Positions 1-9,261 of a stretch of DNA of 64,000 bases are shown one piece after another (the first letter of the stretch is position 1; the number at the start of each line of letters is the position of its first letter). The stretch is from Giardia intestinalis. Taxonomy: Eukaryota. The notes under the pieces were generated by a model. The model made no database searches. It saw only the letters and a program-made list of their open reading frames with translations, and was not told where the DNA came from. Both the position numbers and the translations under genes were made by a program. Where the stretch lies: assembly GCA_000002435.2 (NCBI GenBank), contig CM018791.1. The stretch is one strand, 5' to 3'.

Positions 1-1522
1 TAACGCATCTTTCGCTGTTACAAAATCTAGTCTCAAGAAGAGCCCAACTAAGGACATTGTATCTGACCCTGTTCTGCAAGTGAGTGGTCGGGTTAACGAT
101 GATAGCTACATATCTAGAAGCCTTCTAACAGGCATAGATACCAATTATTCTCGCCTACCACATGGAAGCAGTTCTCTCTCTTCCTCTGCAAGAGGGTCTA
201 CCGATAAATCATTTTCTGTTGAGGCTCTTCAAGAGAACGTTATGTTAATTGCAAAAACCTACGTTTCGCTAGTGACAGTGATTTCCTTCGCTAAGACTAG
301 TGGCAGAGAGCTTATCAATGACTTGTATGTGAAGGTACCGCTGTCTACCATTGCCCTCTGGATCTTTCACAATAAGGCAGTATCCGGAGACTCTGTTCTT
401 GCTTGCTTTATCATATTATTCATATACATTTGTGGTAGAGATCCACCTGATGATAATGCGCTTTTCCTTGCTTGCCAGCGCCCCCCACTTCACCTGAAAA
501 AGGATACACTCACAGGCGACCCCTCCTTCAAGGTGATGCTGCCCGGACCATCGCCCACTGTAGATTCTAAGCCGAGGCATGGCAAGTGGACAGACATGTT
601 TGAACTGTCCGAGGTTAAAGCGTTTATCACTGAATTATGTAAGCGATACAAGACGCTGAGGTACTTCTTCCGAACGAACGTTTCCAAGCTTTTGTCTGTC
701 CTTTTCGAGGCGTTGTATAAGCATGCAGAGCTTTCGGGGAAGTTGGACAGCTATGTCATCGACGGCCTTTCCGCTCTCAGCTCTCGTATGACTATATGCT
801 GCAGCTTTCTAGATTGCACGGACCGTACACATCTCGAAACGCTCATTTTATCCACTCCGCCGCACGTAGGTTGGGAGGAGCTTTTGCGTTTAGCTGAGAA
901 GCTGTCAAAGCTACGGGTCTCGTCTGCAGAAGCATATTTCAAACAACTAGAGGACTCAGGAGATTACTTCAATTTTAGTGAGGAGGCAAGAGTCATCCGG
1001 AACAAGCTTATGTCCGGATCCATCTACCGGGCAGATAACCCAATTAGTCTTTCTAAGCTCTACTTTGAGTACTACCTCCTCCCTGGTATGGTAGTAAAAA
1101 GGATGCTTATAGATCAGCTCTCCTGTGTAGGCACGATCATTACTCAACCCTCCGTCGAGTTTGTCAACTCCTCTTCTCTCCTGTTAGACAAGAGCTTTCC
1201 AACGTACGTACTACCTAACAAGCGGTCTCTTATCAACGAGATGTTAGGCAGGGTCGCGAAGCTACCGTTTAACAATCCCCTCTACATCCTCTCTATTCTC
1301 ACAGGTCTGGAACTCACGTTCCAGCTCTCAGGCGAGCTTTATGCCTACGCCAATTTACAGATAACTGAGGCGAGACACACACAGACAACCGACAAAGCGT
1401 TCCCGCAAGTACCCCCTCGTGATGCCATACTTTCATCCATTCCTATAGAAGCCAGTGATTACACCTTAGCTCAGGAGACCTACGCATTTATCCTCAGCTT
1501 TGGCTCTCAAACCAGTGACTAG
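1..1522 (+). CDS. hypothetical protein, 5'-truncated by the window edge (the frame stays open from position 2)
   Basis: Long ORF. The track begins it at a GTG at position 80, but the same frame has no stop back to the window start, so the gene probably begins upstream. I recognise no domain. Confidence 0.5.
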   Translation, partial: NASFAVTKSSLKKSPTKDIVSDPVLQVSGRVNDDSYISRSLLTGIDTNYSRLPHGSSSLSSSARGSTDKSFSVEALQENVMLIAKTYVSLVTVISFAKTSGRELINDLYVKVPLSTIALWIFHNKAVSGDSVLACFIILFIYICGRDPPDDNALFLACQRPPLHLKKDTLTGDPSFKVMLPGPSPTVDSKPRHGKWTDMFELSEVKAFITELCKRYKTLRYFFRTNVSKLLSVLFEALYKHAELSGKLDSYVIDGLSALSSRMTICCSFLDCTDRTHLETLILSTPPHVGWEELLRLAEKLSKLRVSSAEAYFKQLEDSGDYFNFSEEARVIRNKLMSGSIYRADNPISLSKLYFEYYLLPGMVVKRMLIDQLSCVGTIITQPSVEFVNSSSLLLDKSFPTYVLPNKRSLINEMLGRVAKLPFNNPLYILSILTGLELTFQLSGELYAYANLQITEARHTQTTDKAFPQVPPRDAILSSIPIEASDYTLAQETYAFILSFGSQTSD

Positions 1523-1742
1523 TAAGGCTAGTCCAATCGGGATTTTAGGATTTAGAACTTTTCATCGAAACCAGATTGCAGTATCACGCAGCCTTAGAAA
1601 ATAAAGTATTAATATAAGTATTAGCAAAATCCTGAAAAGAAGTTCAAAATGGTTCCCGTCTGCCCGAAGTCCTGGAGTGTCACTTGTTGACGATTCCTCC
1701 GTCTCTTTGGCCGAGTCGGACGGTCTCCCCGGACGGGCATGT

Positions 1743-3587
1743 CTACATAAACCCCCGAAAAAGCTGTGATATGTCCATACCTATACCACCTCCACCAGTG
1801 GTACAGTGGACCTTGAACTGGACATTGCCTGACCGGCCGCCCATGCCGCCCATCCTCGAGAACATATTGAAGATCTGGGAGACGTCCATCCCGGCCATGC
1901 TGCCCATATCCATACTCATGCCACCGCCAGCACTTCCAGCAGCAGGGTTCCCACCGGCCTCATAGATCTGCCGCTTCTGGGGGTTCTTGAGCACTTCGTC
2001 AGCCTCTTGGAGCTTTCTGAACTTCAGTTGAGCAAAGCGCTTCTTGACGGGATCTCTGTGTCGATCAGGGTGCCACTTGAGACAAGCCTTTTTGTAAGCA
2101 CTAGCATATTCCTGAGATGACGGGTCAACCGACTTACCCACCCCAAGCATTTTATAGTAATCGGGTCGCGCATACTTTTCTGCGCCACTCTGACAAGACT
2201 TTGCGAGTTCTTGGCAGCCCTTGGTGTCTGCCTCGTTTATTGAAACAGCTATACCACACTCGCGGATGCACTCCAGATACATGCTCTGGTCCTTGTAGAT
2301 ATTCGCTGCACGCACATGTGCCTTGTAATACGTGGGATCGAGAAGGGACGCAGCCCTCAAGTAGGAGAGAGCGCTTCCATTGTCGCCTAGCTTGTTGAGC
2401 GTCATCCCCAAGTTGCTAGTGATGATAGCAGCGTTTGCTCGCAATGCAAGAAAGAGAAGGGCAAGAGGACCCTTGATGGTGTCTGCCTCCAAGAGAGCAG
2501 GCTGAACAATGCCTGCTAGCCCAGCACTGAAGGCGTCAAATGCGGCCTTGTGCTGATTGTTTTTGAAAGAATTAGAACCTTGTTCTTTTTTAGTCAAGAA
2601 CTGTGCGTAGCCCGCTGAGAGCTTCGACAGACCATAGTTAGTTCCAGAGTTCTGATCGATCTGAGCAGCCTGATTCAAAGCGGCGCTCACCTGTTCTGGA
2701 GACGCGTTGGAAAGTAGCAAAAGCGCCACAGTGAATATTGCATACTCAGTCGATTGCTTCGCTTTGATCGCTGTTAGCTCCTTTTTCGCAATTCCCAAGT
2801 AGTCTGGGAGGGGCTTAGCATTACCCTTGTCATCCATCTCCTGACCAGGATACGGGTCCATGCCGACTCGGATGCCGACCAAGCAAAAATCTCGGAGGCA
2901 GATGAGAAGGAGATAGTAATAGACTGTCAATAAGGGATCGCTCCGAAAGCCCAGCATAACTGTAGTGCTAAACTTGTAGTCACTAGACAACTGGTTATAC
3001 ATAGCTGTCACATGCTCGCGTATCACGTAGATGGCCTCTGTGATCTCACAGTTGGCCAGGTCCGCCTCGTCTTCCTTGGCCTCGTCTTTGTGGCGCTCTT
3101 CGGTGCTATACGTCAGCGTCTTCTTCCGCGACACGTTGGCAGCCATCTCAATCCATTCGCGTGCAAGAGAAATGGCCGCAGCGTTGAGATGGTCCTCAAA
3201 CCTGGCGTTATCGCTGCAGGCTAGGGCCTGACACTTCTGGGCATCGTCGAGAAGGTTGTGATGCTTCGTGCTGCTCTCTGCATTGTAGACCTCCTGGGCA
3301 TAGCGAACAGCGTCGTCGCCCTGACCAAGCTTAATAAGTGCCTCTACGTGTCTGGCCTTCCCTTTAATGTATCCAGGATCTAGTTGTACAGAGCGCGTCG
3401 TGTCCTCCAGAGCCTTCTGCCAAAGCTGTAGCTTCATGTAACAAGCAGCCCTGTTGGAGTAGTAGATAGCCGAGGGGACCAGGTTTATCGCGTTGGTGTA
3501 AAGGGATATCGCGTTCTGGTACTGTCCACTTGCATACGCCGTGTTGGCCTTCGCCTTGAACTCTTCTGCCTTCGCTTCCTTCGACAT
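1743..3587 (-). CDS. TPR-repeat plus J-domain co-chaperone (DNAJC7/TPR2-like)
   Basis: The N-terminus carries TPR-like repeats (AEEFKAKANTAYASGQYQNAISLYTNAI...SNRAACYMKLQLWQKALEDTTRSVQLDP). The C-terminal half carries a J domain (DYYKMLGV...KKACLKWHPDRH...EADEVLKNPQKRQIYE) followed by a Gly/Met-rich tail. An ATG start at 3587 is confirmed on the minus strand. Confidence 0.8.
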   Translation of the reverse strand: MSKEAKAEEFKAKANTAYASGQYQNAISLYTNAINLVPSAIYYSNRAACYMKLQLWQKALEDTTRSVQLDPGYIKGKARHVEALIKLGQGDDAVRYAQEVYNAESSTKHHNLLDDAQKCQALACSDNARFEDHLNAAAISLAREWIEMAANVSRKKTLTYSTEERHKDEAKEDEADLANCEITEAIYVIREHVTAMYNQLSSDYKFSTTVMLGFRSDPLLTVYYYLLLICLRDFCLVGIRVGMDPYPGQEMDDKGNAKPLPDYLGIAKKELTAIKAKQSTEYAIFTVALLLLSNASPEQVSAALNQAAQIDQNSGTNYGLSKLSAGYAQFLTKKEQGSNSFKNNQHKAAFDAFSAGLAGIVQPALLEADTIKGPLALLFLALRANAAIITSNLGMTLNKLGDNGSALSYLRAASLLDPTYYKAHVRAANIYKDQSMYLECIRECGIAVSINEADTKGCQELAKSCQSGAEKYARPDYYKMLGVGKSVDPSSQEYASAYKKACLKWHPDRHRDPVKKRFAQLKFRKLQEADEVLKNPQKRQIYEAGGNPAAGSAGGGMSMDMGSMAGMDVSQIFNMFSRMGGMGGRSGNVQFKVHCTTGGGGIGMDISQLFRGFM

Positions 3588-3741
3588 TTCACTTTTCTAT
3601 TTCTCATCTATCGCAATAAATTTGAATCAATTATTAAAATCAATTTCCATTGTAATTACTAATTGCAATTCAAATATGGATGACCAACCGACTTCCATTC
3701 CATCTTACACTTTTTTATGATTTCTGGTTTTTCATTTCTGC

Positions 3742-5751
3742 ATGTCTATGCCGCCTGGCATTGCTGACCTGGATGAAAGCGTAGACGCGCCGCTTAGCCA
3801 CGCTACGGATCAGGATGCTGCATCTGGTATCAAGCTGGACGATAGGGCTGAAGAAGAGCAGCTTAGTCGGTCAGATCCACCCACAATGGAGCCTGCCCCC
3901 CCGGCGGGTTCTGGTAGTAGAACAGGTACACCTGTTGATGCGGCTGTCTATGATAAGATGACTGTACGATCGGCTCAGCCTTCTTTCGAGGAGGTTTCGG
4001 TGAATAAGAACACTTTGGTTAACCTGCTCCGAGCTCTTTCATATTCTTACAAATCTGCTGAGTCGCTCCGCCTAATAACTGGTCTTGTTGTGGAAGGCTT
4101 CCATCTTCAAGGGATACGACAGCTGAAGTCGAGCTCTTCAAAAGCTATTAGCCCCGAGATGCTTAAAGCGGTGTACGCAGATATAGGTGAGATGTCTATA
4201 TTACGACCCCCGCCACTGGTGGCAGAGCTCACTGCCTCTCGGAGGGAGGGGAAGCTATTAGACACACTCTATGAGCATATCCTGACAAGCTACCTTGAGC
4301 TGCTTCAGCAAATAAGTTGCTTCAAGAATGCACGCGAAGATATCCTGTTAACCCTTGGGAAGTCCGCAGATATAAATCTAGAAACTCCAATAGAAGAGAT
4401 TGCAGACGAAATTATAAAATTAAAAGGCCTTCCAGACTACAGCGATGGCAAATTCATTCTCGTGGGACCTTCTGCAGTTAGTGCACTGGATATTGTCAGG
4501 AAAAGCGATAACCTAACTGACGCGCAGCATGAAAATGAGATGCTCCGCGCGACCATTGATTCATTGAGGAAGGAATTGTCGGAGTCTGCTAACGCTGCGA
4601 CCCTAATGCGAAGGGAGACTGCAAATGGCACGATGGAGGCAGAAAAACTTAAGGTAGAGTTAGAGAAGCTTCGGGCGCAGAACCAGCGCCTAAAGCATGT
4701 GGCAGACGACGCAAAGGCAGAGACAGCGGCAACACGCACAAGCAACGCAGCACTGCGCCAGCAGCTCGAGGCTTTGAAGACAACAAGTACTACTGTTGCT
4801 GGGGAACCTTCTAAATCGAATCAAAGCACAGCAAAGCCCCGTAGTAAGTCAGCACGCGATGCTAATGACCTCCTTACGACTGCTGACCTGAGCCACACTG
4901 GAACAGGATATACAGGACCACCATCTCATGCAGCAGCTCGGCAACACAGGCCTTCGCGACCAGCAAGTGCGACACAGCAGCGTATCCTTTCTGGAAAGGT
5001 CGCTCCGGCGCGTGTAGAAATAAATAACTCAAGCTACTACGCCATACACGGGCAGAACGGAGAGGTGAACAACACTGGAATACCCACAACAACGGCACGT
5101 GTCGTGAAGAGAAGTGTGGCTGTCACAGACAATTGCCTAGTGTGCATCGGTCCGCGGCACTCTTCTCCGTCAGCTAGGTCAAAAAGCCCACAGAGATACA
5201 TACAAGACATGAAAGCTACTAGTCCTGAAGTTCGCAAACTTGCTTCGGTCCCTGGTAACACTCGCATCGGCAAAAATAATCAGTTGTGCAGCTCGTACTA
5301 CGAGTCGCAGAGGGCAGTGACACCTAATAAGAAGTCAACCCAGGCTGGTCCCGTGTCCAAAACTACACCAAGGAGACCAACTAGTTCACGGCCACAGGTC
5401 TCATCAGCAAGAACGCCTGTAGCTAAGACACCGTCACGTGATCAGCACTATTCTCAGACGACCCATAGCAAGGGCGCTACGAAAATGTATACATCCGTTA
5501 TGCCCTTGGACGGCACCAGAACTCCCCGCAGCAAAACACCGGTAGATGACCTGTACAACCAAATAGACCGTCTCTCTGTTGAGCTGGCAGCAGAAAAGGA
5601 AAAAAGACATGTTCTTCTGGACGAAAATAGAAACCTGAAAAGCACTCTAACATCAATGGAGCGTCAAACTAGGCAGCAAATGAACAACATTGAATCCAAG
5701 TATCGTGCTATTCTGGAGCACACTATAAAGAAGCTGACAAATCGTGCATAG
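3742..5751 (+). CDS. hypothetical coiled-coil protein with a Ser/Thr/Pro-rich central region
   Basis: 669-aa ORF with an ATG start. It contains heptad-like segments (LRAQNQRLKHVADDAKAETAA...; C-terminal LSVELAAEKEKRHVLLDENRNLKSTL) and a low-complexity S/T/P/R-rich middle. AGTAAAT lies 28 bp after the stop. Confidence 0.55.
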   Translation: MSMPPGIADLDESVDAPLSHATDQDAASGIKLDDRAEEEQLSRSDPPTMEPAPPAGSGSRTGTPVDAAVYDKMTVRSAQPSFEEVSVNKNTLVNLLRALSYSYKSAESLRLITGLVVEGFHLQGIRQLKSSSSKAISPEMLKAVYADIGEMSILRPPPLVAELTASRREGKLLDTLYEHILTSYLELLQQISCFKNAREDILLTLGKSADINLETPIEEIADEIIKLKGLPDYSDGKFILVGPSAVSALDIVRKSDNLTDAQHENEMLRATIDSLRKELSESANAATLMRRETANGTMEAEKLKVELEKLRAQNQRLKHVADDAKAETAATRTSNAALRQQLEALKTTSTTVAGEPSKSNQSTAKPRSKSARDANDLLTTADLSHTGTGYTGPPSHAAARQHRPSRPASATQQRILSGKVAPARVEINNSSYYAIHGQNGEVNNTGIPTTTARVVKRSVAVTDNCLVCIGPRHSSPSARSKSPQRYIQDMKATSPEVRKLASVPGNTRIGKNNQLCSSYYESQRAVTPNKKSTQAGPVSKTTPRRPTSSRPQVSSARTPVAKTPSRDQHYSQTTHSKGATKMYTSVMPLDGTRTPRSKTPVDDLYNQIDRLSVELAAEKEKRHVLLDENRNLKSTLTSMERQTRQQMNNIESKYRAILEHTIKKLTNRA

Positions 5752-5778
5752 GGCGTTCAAATTTCCCCTGTCAGCCGA

Positions 5779-5785
5779 AGTAAAT
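5779..5785 (+). promoter_or_regulatory. putative poly(A) signal AGTAAAT (AGTRAAY class)
   Basis: Heptamer 28 nt downstream of the stop of the 3742..5751 gene. The same heptamer class recurs after several other genes in this window. Confidence 0.4.
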
Positions 5786-5811
5786 GGTTCTTACAATTTA
5801 AATAGAATTTC

Positions 5812-7491
5812 ATGTCTGCTATCCACGCCCTGAACCAGAAGGCTGAGCATCTCCGCCGCGGGGAGGCGCTTGATATGAACATTGACGCCGCAGAGAAGCT
5901 AACAAAGCTTATTCGCACTAATTTTGGGCCCGCAGGAACGTATAAGATGCTTGTCTCTGGAGCCGGGGACATTAAGATAACCAAGGATGGAGCTGTCCTC
6001 TTGAGCGAGCTTCCAATTAACCACCCCATCGCTGCGTTCATAGCTACGGCGGCAACAGCCCAGGATGACATTGTTGGCGATGGCACGACAACAATGGTTC
6101 TCCTCGTCGGGGAGCTTCTCCGTCAAGCTGCCAGATGGTTAGCAGAAGATGTGCACCCACGTGTGCTGGTGGATGGCTTTGAACTGGCGAAAGCAAGGGT
6201 AATTAGCTTCTTGGACAGTTACAAACAGCCCCTGCCCACTGAGGAACGTGCTCGCTATGACACTCTCCGCTCAATTGCTCATACCTCTCTCGTGACTAAG
6301 GTGCATGCGGACCTGGCAAATCTCCTCTCGGATATTGTCACTGAGGCTGTTCTGATCGTTGAGAAGGCTGCAGAATCCAAGGAGCAGTCCTTTATCGACC
6401 TACACATGGTTGAGCTCATGCTAATGCCTAGCCGCCTAGATGTGGACACCACTTTGATCAAGGGACTTGTCATGGATCACGGTAGCCGCCAATCTGAGCT
6501 CACCTGTGCAACCATGAGGAGCTGCTTTATTCTGACGCTTAACGTGTCTCTTGAGTATGAGAAGGCAGAGGCAAACACGGGATTTTTCTACAAGAACGCC
6601 GAGGAGATGCAAGAGCTAGCCAAGAAGGAAAGAGACTATGTAGACAACAAGTGCCGTAAGATCATCCAGTTGAAGGAGCAAGCGTTTGCTTCATATAGGG
6701 AAACTCATGGGGCCGATGCAGAGTGCAATTTTGTGGTCCTCAACCAAAAAGGCATAGATGGCGTCTCCTTGGACATGCTTGCTGCAAATGGAATATTTGC
6801 CCTTCGCAGAGTGAAGCGTCGCAATATGGAGCGGATTACGCTCTGCTGCGGTGGTTCTGCAGTCTGCGCCCTGGATGAGTTGAAGGTTTCTGACCTTGGT
6901 TGGGCCGATAAAATCCATGAGGAGATGCTTGGTGAGGAAAAGTATACATTTATCGAAGACATTCTTGATCCCAAATCGTGTACAATACTGATTCGAGGAC
7001 CAACAAGGCATACTCTCGAGCAGATCAAGGATGCCGTGCGTGATGGCCTTCGTGCAGTCAAGAACGCTATAACAGATAAGCACTATGTCGCCGGCGCCGC
7101 TGCTTTCGAAGTGGCTGCCGCTGCAGACCTGGAGGCCTATGCAAAGACTGTCACTGGGAAAACCAAGCTTGGGATCCAAGCCTTCGCAGATGCAATCTGT
7201 GCCATTCCTAAGACACTTGCAAAGAGCGCTGGGCTCGATCCCCAAGAGTGCTGCATTGCTGTAAGTGAGGCAGCCACAGGGTCATCAATCAATTATGGGA
7301 TCTGCCTCAAGACTGGAAAACCGTGTGACGCTGTGGCCAGCGGGATTCTGGACAATGTTTGTGTGAAGCATCAGCTCTACCACTCTTCAACAGTCATAAC
7401 GACCCAACTCCTTTTGACCGATGAGATTCTAAAAGCAGGGCGCAGCCTGAAAACAGACAATGCAGTAGATGACGCTGTGCCAGACGAGTAA
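5812..7491 (+). CDS. CCT6: T-complex protein 1 (CCT/TRiC) subunit zeta
   Basis: Strong TCP-1 family signatures (NFGPAGTYKMLVSGAGDIKITKDGAVLL, ATAQDDIVGDGTTTMVLLVGELL, NVSLEYEKAEANTGFFYKNAEE, LRRVKRRNMERITL, IQAFADAICAIPKTLA). It aligns along its length with CCT zeta as I remember it. ATG at 5812 is preceded by an A/T-rich tract. Confidence 0.88.
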   Translation: MSAIHALNQKAEHLRRGEALDMNIDAAEKLTKLIRTNFGPAGTYKMLVSGAGDIKITKDGAVLLSELPINHPIAAFIATAATAQDDIVGDGTTTMVLLVGELLRQAARWLAEDVHPRVLVDGFELAKARVISFLDSYKQPLPTEERARYDTLRSIAHTSLVTKVHADLANLLSDIVTEAVLIVEKAAESKEQSFIDLHMVELMLMPSRLDVDTTLIKGLVMDHGSRQSELTCATMRSCFILTLNVSLEYEKAEANTGFFYKNAEEMQELAKKERDYVDNKCRKIIQLKEQAFASYRETHGADAECNFVVLNQKGIDGVSLDMLAANGIFALRRVKRRNMERITLCCGGSAVCALDELKVSDLGWADKIHEEMLGEEKYTFIEDILDPKSCTILIRGPTRHTLEQIKDAVRDGLRAVKNAITDKHYVAGAAAFEVAAAADLEAYAKTVTGKTKLGIQAFADAICAIPKTLAKSAGLDPQECCIAVSEAATGSSINYGICLKTGKPCDAVASGILDNVCVKHQLYHSSTVITTQLLLTDEILKAGRSLKTDNAVDDAVPDE

Positions 7492-7493
7492 AT
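7487..7493 (+). promoter_or_regulatory. putative poly(A) signal AGTAAAT overlapping the CCT zeta stop codon
   Basis: In gacgAGTAAATcag the TAA stop (7489..7491) is embedded in the AGTRAAY heptamer. Confidence 0.45.
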
Positions 7494-7570
7494 CAGTTCC
7501 CAGATACCACGTTCTGAGCAATGTAACACAGTGTAGCACGGTACAAAAAAGTCTGGTGCCTTTGCAGGGG

Positions 7571-9190
7571 ATGAGTACAGAGACCACGCCTCCTACATCT
7601 TGGGGGGATTCGCCAGTGAGTCTCTTGAGCATAATACCCTCTTATAACGATCAATCTACAGCTGGTGAGCAGAATCCCTCCTCATACACTCAAGTTGAAA
7701 CCTTTTCGTCTACTGACGTGGGCGTGGGAACGCGGCGGTTAAAGTCCCGAGACGTTCAGGTCAAGATAGTCGAACCCACGCTCTCTTTAGGAAAGACCAA
7801 GGAGTCTCCGGAGAATAGGGAAGAGACAGATTTTGATAAAGATGCTGTTCTGCTCCTGCTGAACAAACTGTATAATCTTCTTGTTTCAACTGCGAATGAG
7901 CGAGCTATGATAACGAACTTCCTGGTTAGCAAACGTTATGAACGAGGGATCGAGGTGTGTGGGAACACCTATAGTTTGGAGGCCCTTTCAAAAACGTTGC
8001 TGAATAGGGAAGCTAGCATATACTGTCACTATTGCTATGGAAAGCTATTTCTGTTTGGCGAGAAGCTCAACATCCTCTCCTCTTTCTGGTCCACGGGCCC
8101 TTCAACAGCGGGGGCTCTAGCCACCTTTACAGCCTCTGACATCATTCCCTTTAATTCTACCGACTATGTCACAGCCGTTGTCCCACATCCCTCGCTTTCA
8201 AACAAGCTTGCAGTAGGAACCATCAAGGGCACTGTCTCGATCCTGACACTAAACTTCACAGAGCGCACCATCAGCGTTATATCTGCAATAAATAAGGATA
8301 TCTCCCATACTGGGCGCATCGTCTTCATTCAATGGTTTAATATGAACCAACTACTTGGCATCATAACTGCCGGCACTGATGGTAGAATACTTGTCTGGGA
8401 AGTGGCGCGCAGCGACCCCAATGAGAGCGGCTTCCTGCGCCTCTGCTCAGGGGTGGGCTTCCTGATCCGGCCCAAGAACGTGACAACGGGCAGCAGCCTC
8501 AGCAAATCACAAATTTACAAAAGCATCTCCTCTGTGCAGTTGCTTCAAGGCTTAAGTACGCCTAAGTCCCTTGGTTTCATTGTTGCATTTGATGGTGGGG
8601 TAGTACAGGAGGTCTCGTTCTTTCTGAAGCCAGCGACGGCCCCGAAGTTCTACGAGGATCTGCTAGACACACACAAGACTGGCCTAAAGACCCTTCGGCA
8701 GTATAGTCTCATGCCAGGGACACGCTCTGTGCAGGGCCTTCCGCAGACCCTCCTGAAATCAGTGACCAACAAGGCGCAGCTTATCTACCTCAGCACATGC
8801 CGATTGATACTTCAAGGCAATGGGTCTCTTATTATGTCAGAGCTGCAATCTAATACAGCGATCCAGAAGCTTATCTTTAAATCAGAGCATCCCCTAACAG
8901 ATTTCATTGTGTTTGACAAGACAATCATAGCAATAGATATACATGGTAGCGTGTCTGTGTTTTCCTTTTTAGCCGACGATGTCGTAGTGCTTCCTGTAGC
9001 TCATGCAAAGTACTCAATCTCTGCCCAGGACTGGGCCATCACGCTCTGCAGCTACCAGATGGAGCGTTCTGCGATCATCTTAGCTAAGTGCAGAAAGGAG
9101 GCTCGTGTACTAGAAGTCCCGTTGATCAATTCTATACTCACCGACGAGCGCTACATGGCTCGATTGTACATGCATACCTTCTCTCCATAA
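7571..9190 (+). CDS. hypothetical protein (possible beta-propeller/WD-like)
   Basis: The track ORF starts at 7469, overlapping the CCT 3' end. The first ATG that clears the CCT gene and has an A-rich context (acaaaaaag...gggATG) is at 7571. Weak WD-like strings (GRILVWEV, DGGVVQEV). No confident family assignment. Confidence 0.5.
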   Translation: MSTETTPPTSWGDSPVSLLSIIPSYNDQSTAGEQNPSSYTQVETFSSTDVGVGTRRLKSRDVQVKIVEPTLSLGKTKESPENREETDFDKDAVLLLLNKLYNLLVSTANERAMITNFLVSKRYERGIEVCGNTYSLEALSKTLLNREASIYCHYCYGKLFLFGEKLNILSSFWSTGPSTAGALATFTASDIIPFNSTDYVTAVVPHPSLSNKLAVGTIKGTVSILTLNFTERTISVISAINKDISHTGRIVFIQWFNMNQLLGIITAGTDGRILVWEVARSDPNESGFLRLCSGVGFLIRPKNVTTGSSLSKSQIYKSISSVQLLQGLSTPKSLGFIVAFDGGVVQEVSFFLKPATAPKFYEDLLDTHKTGLKTLRQYSLMPGTRSVQGLPQTLLKSVTNKAQLIYLSTCRLILQGNGSLIMSELQSNTAIQKLIFKSEHPLTDFIVFDKTIIAIDIHGSVSVFSFLADDVVVLPVAHAKYSISAQDWAITLCSYQMERSAIILAKCRKEARVLEVPLINSILTDERYMARLYMHTFSP

Positions 9191-9261
9191 AAGATAGTAA
9201 GCTGTGCAGCTCGTAAAGCAAGCTGCTCCTCCTGGATTCTGCTCCATATTCATATAGATAT

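Noticed and set aside
324-1382. GTATGTG (324..330) and ACACACAG (1375..1382), reminiscent of diplomonad cis-intron 5' and 3' motifs
   Set aside because: They are 1 kb apart, far longer than known introns in such genomes. There is no CTRAC branch element before the ACACACAG, and the ORF reads through both in one frame.
80-1522. Track start codons at GTG/TTG/CTG (ORFs at 80, 18066, 23211, 29086, 51390, 57559 and 57781)
   Set aside because: The ORF caller evidently allows alternative initiators. In each case an in-frame ATG with an A-rich 5' context lies a few codons downstream, or the frame stays open to the window edge (position 80). Eukaryotic ATG starts were preferred.
1684-1965. 93-aa plus-strand ORF (Pro-rich) overlapping the 3' end of the J-domain gene
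   Set aside because: It is antisense to the Gly/Met-rich C-terminal tail of the J-domain protein, a low-complexity region whose GC-rich codons create a spurious Pro-rich open frame.
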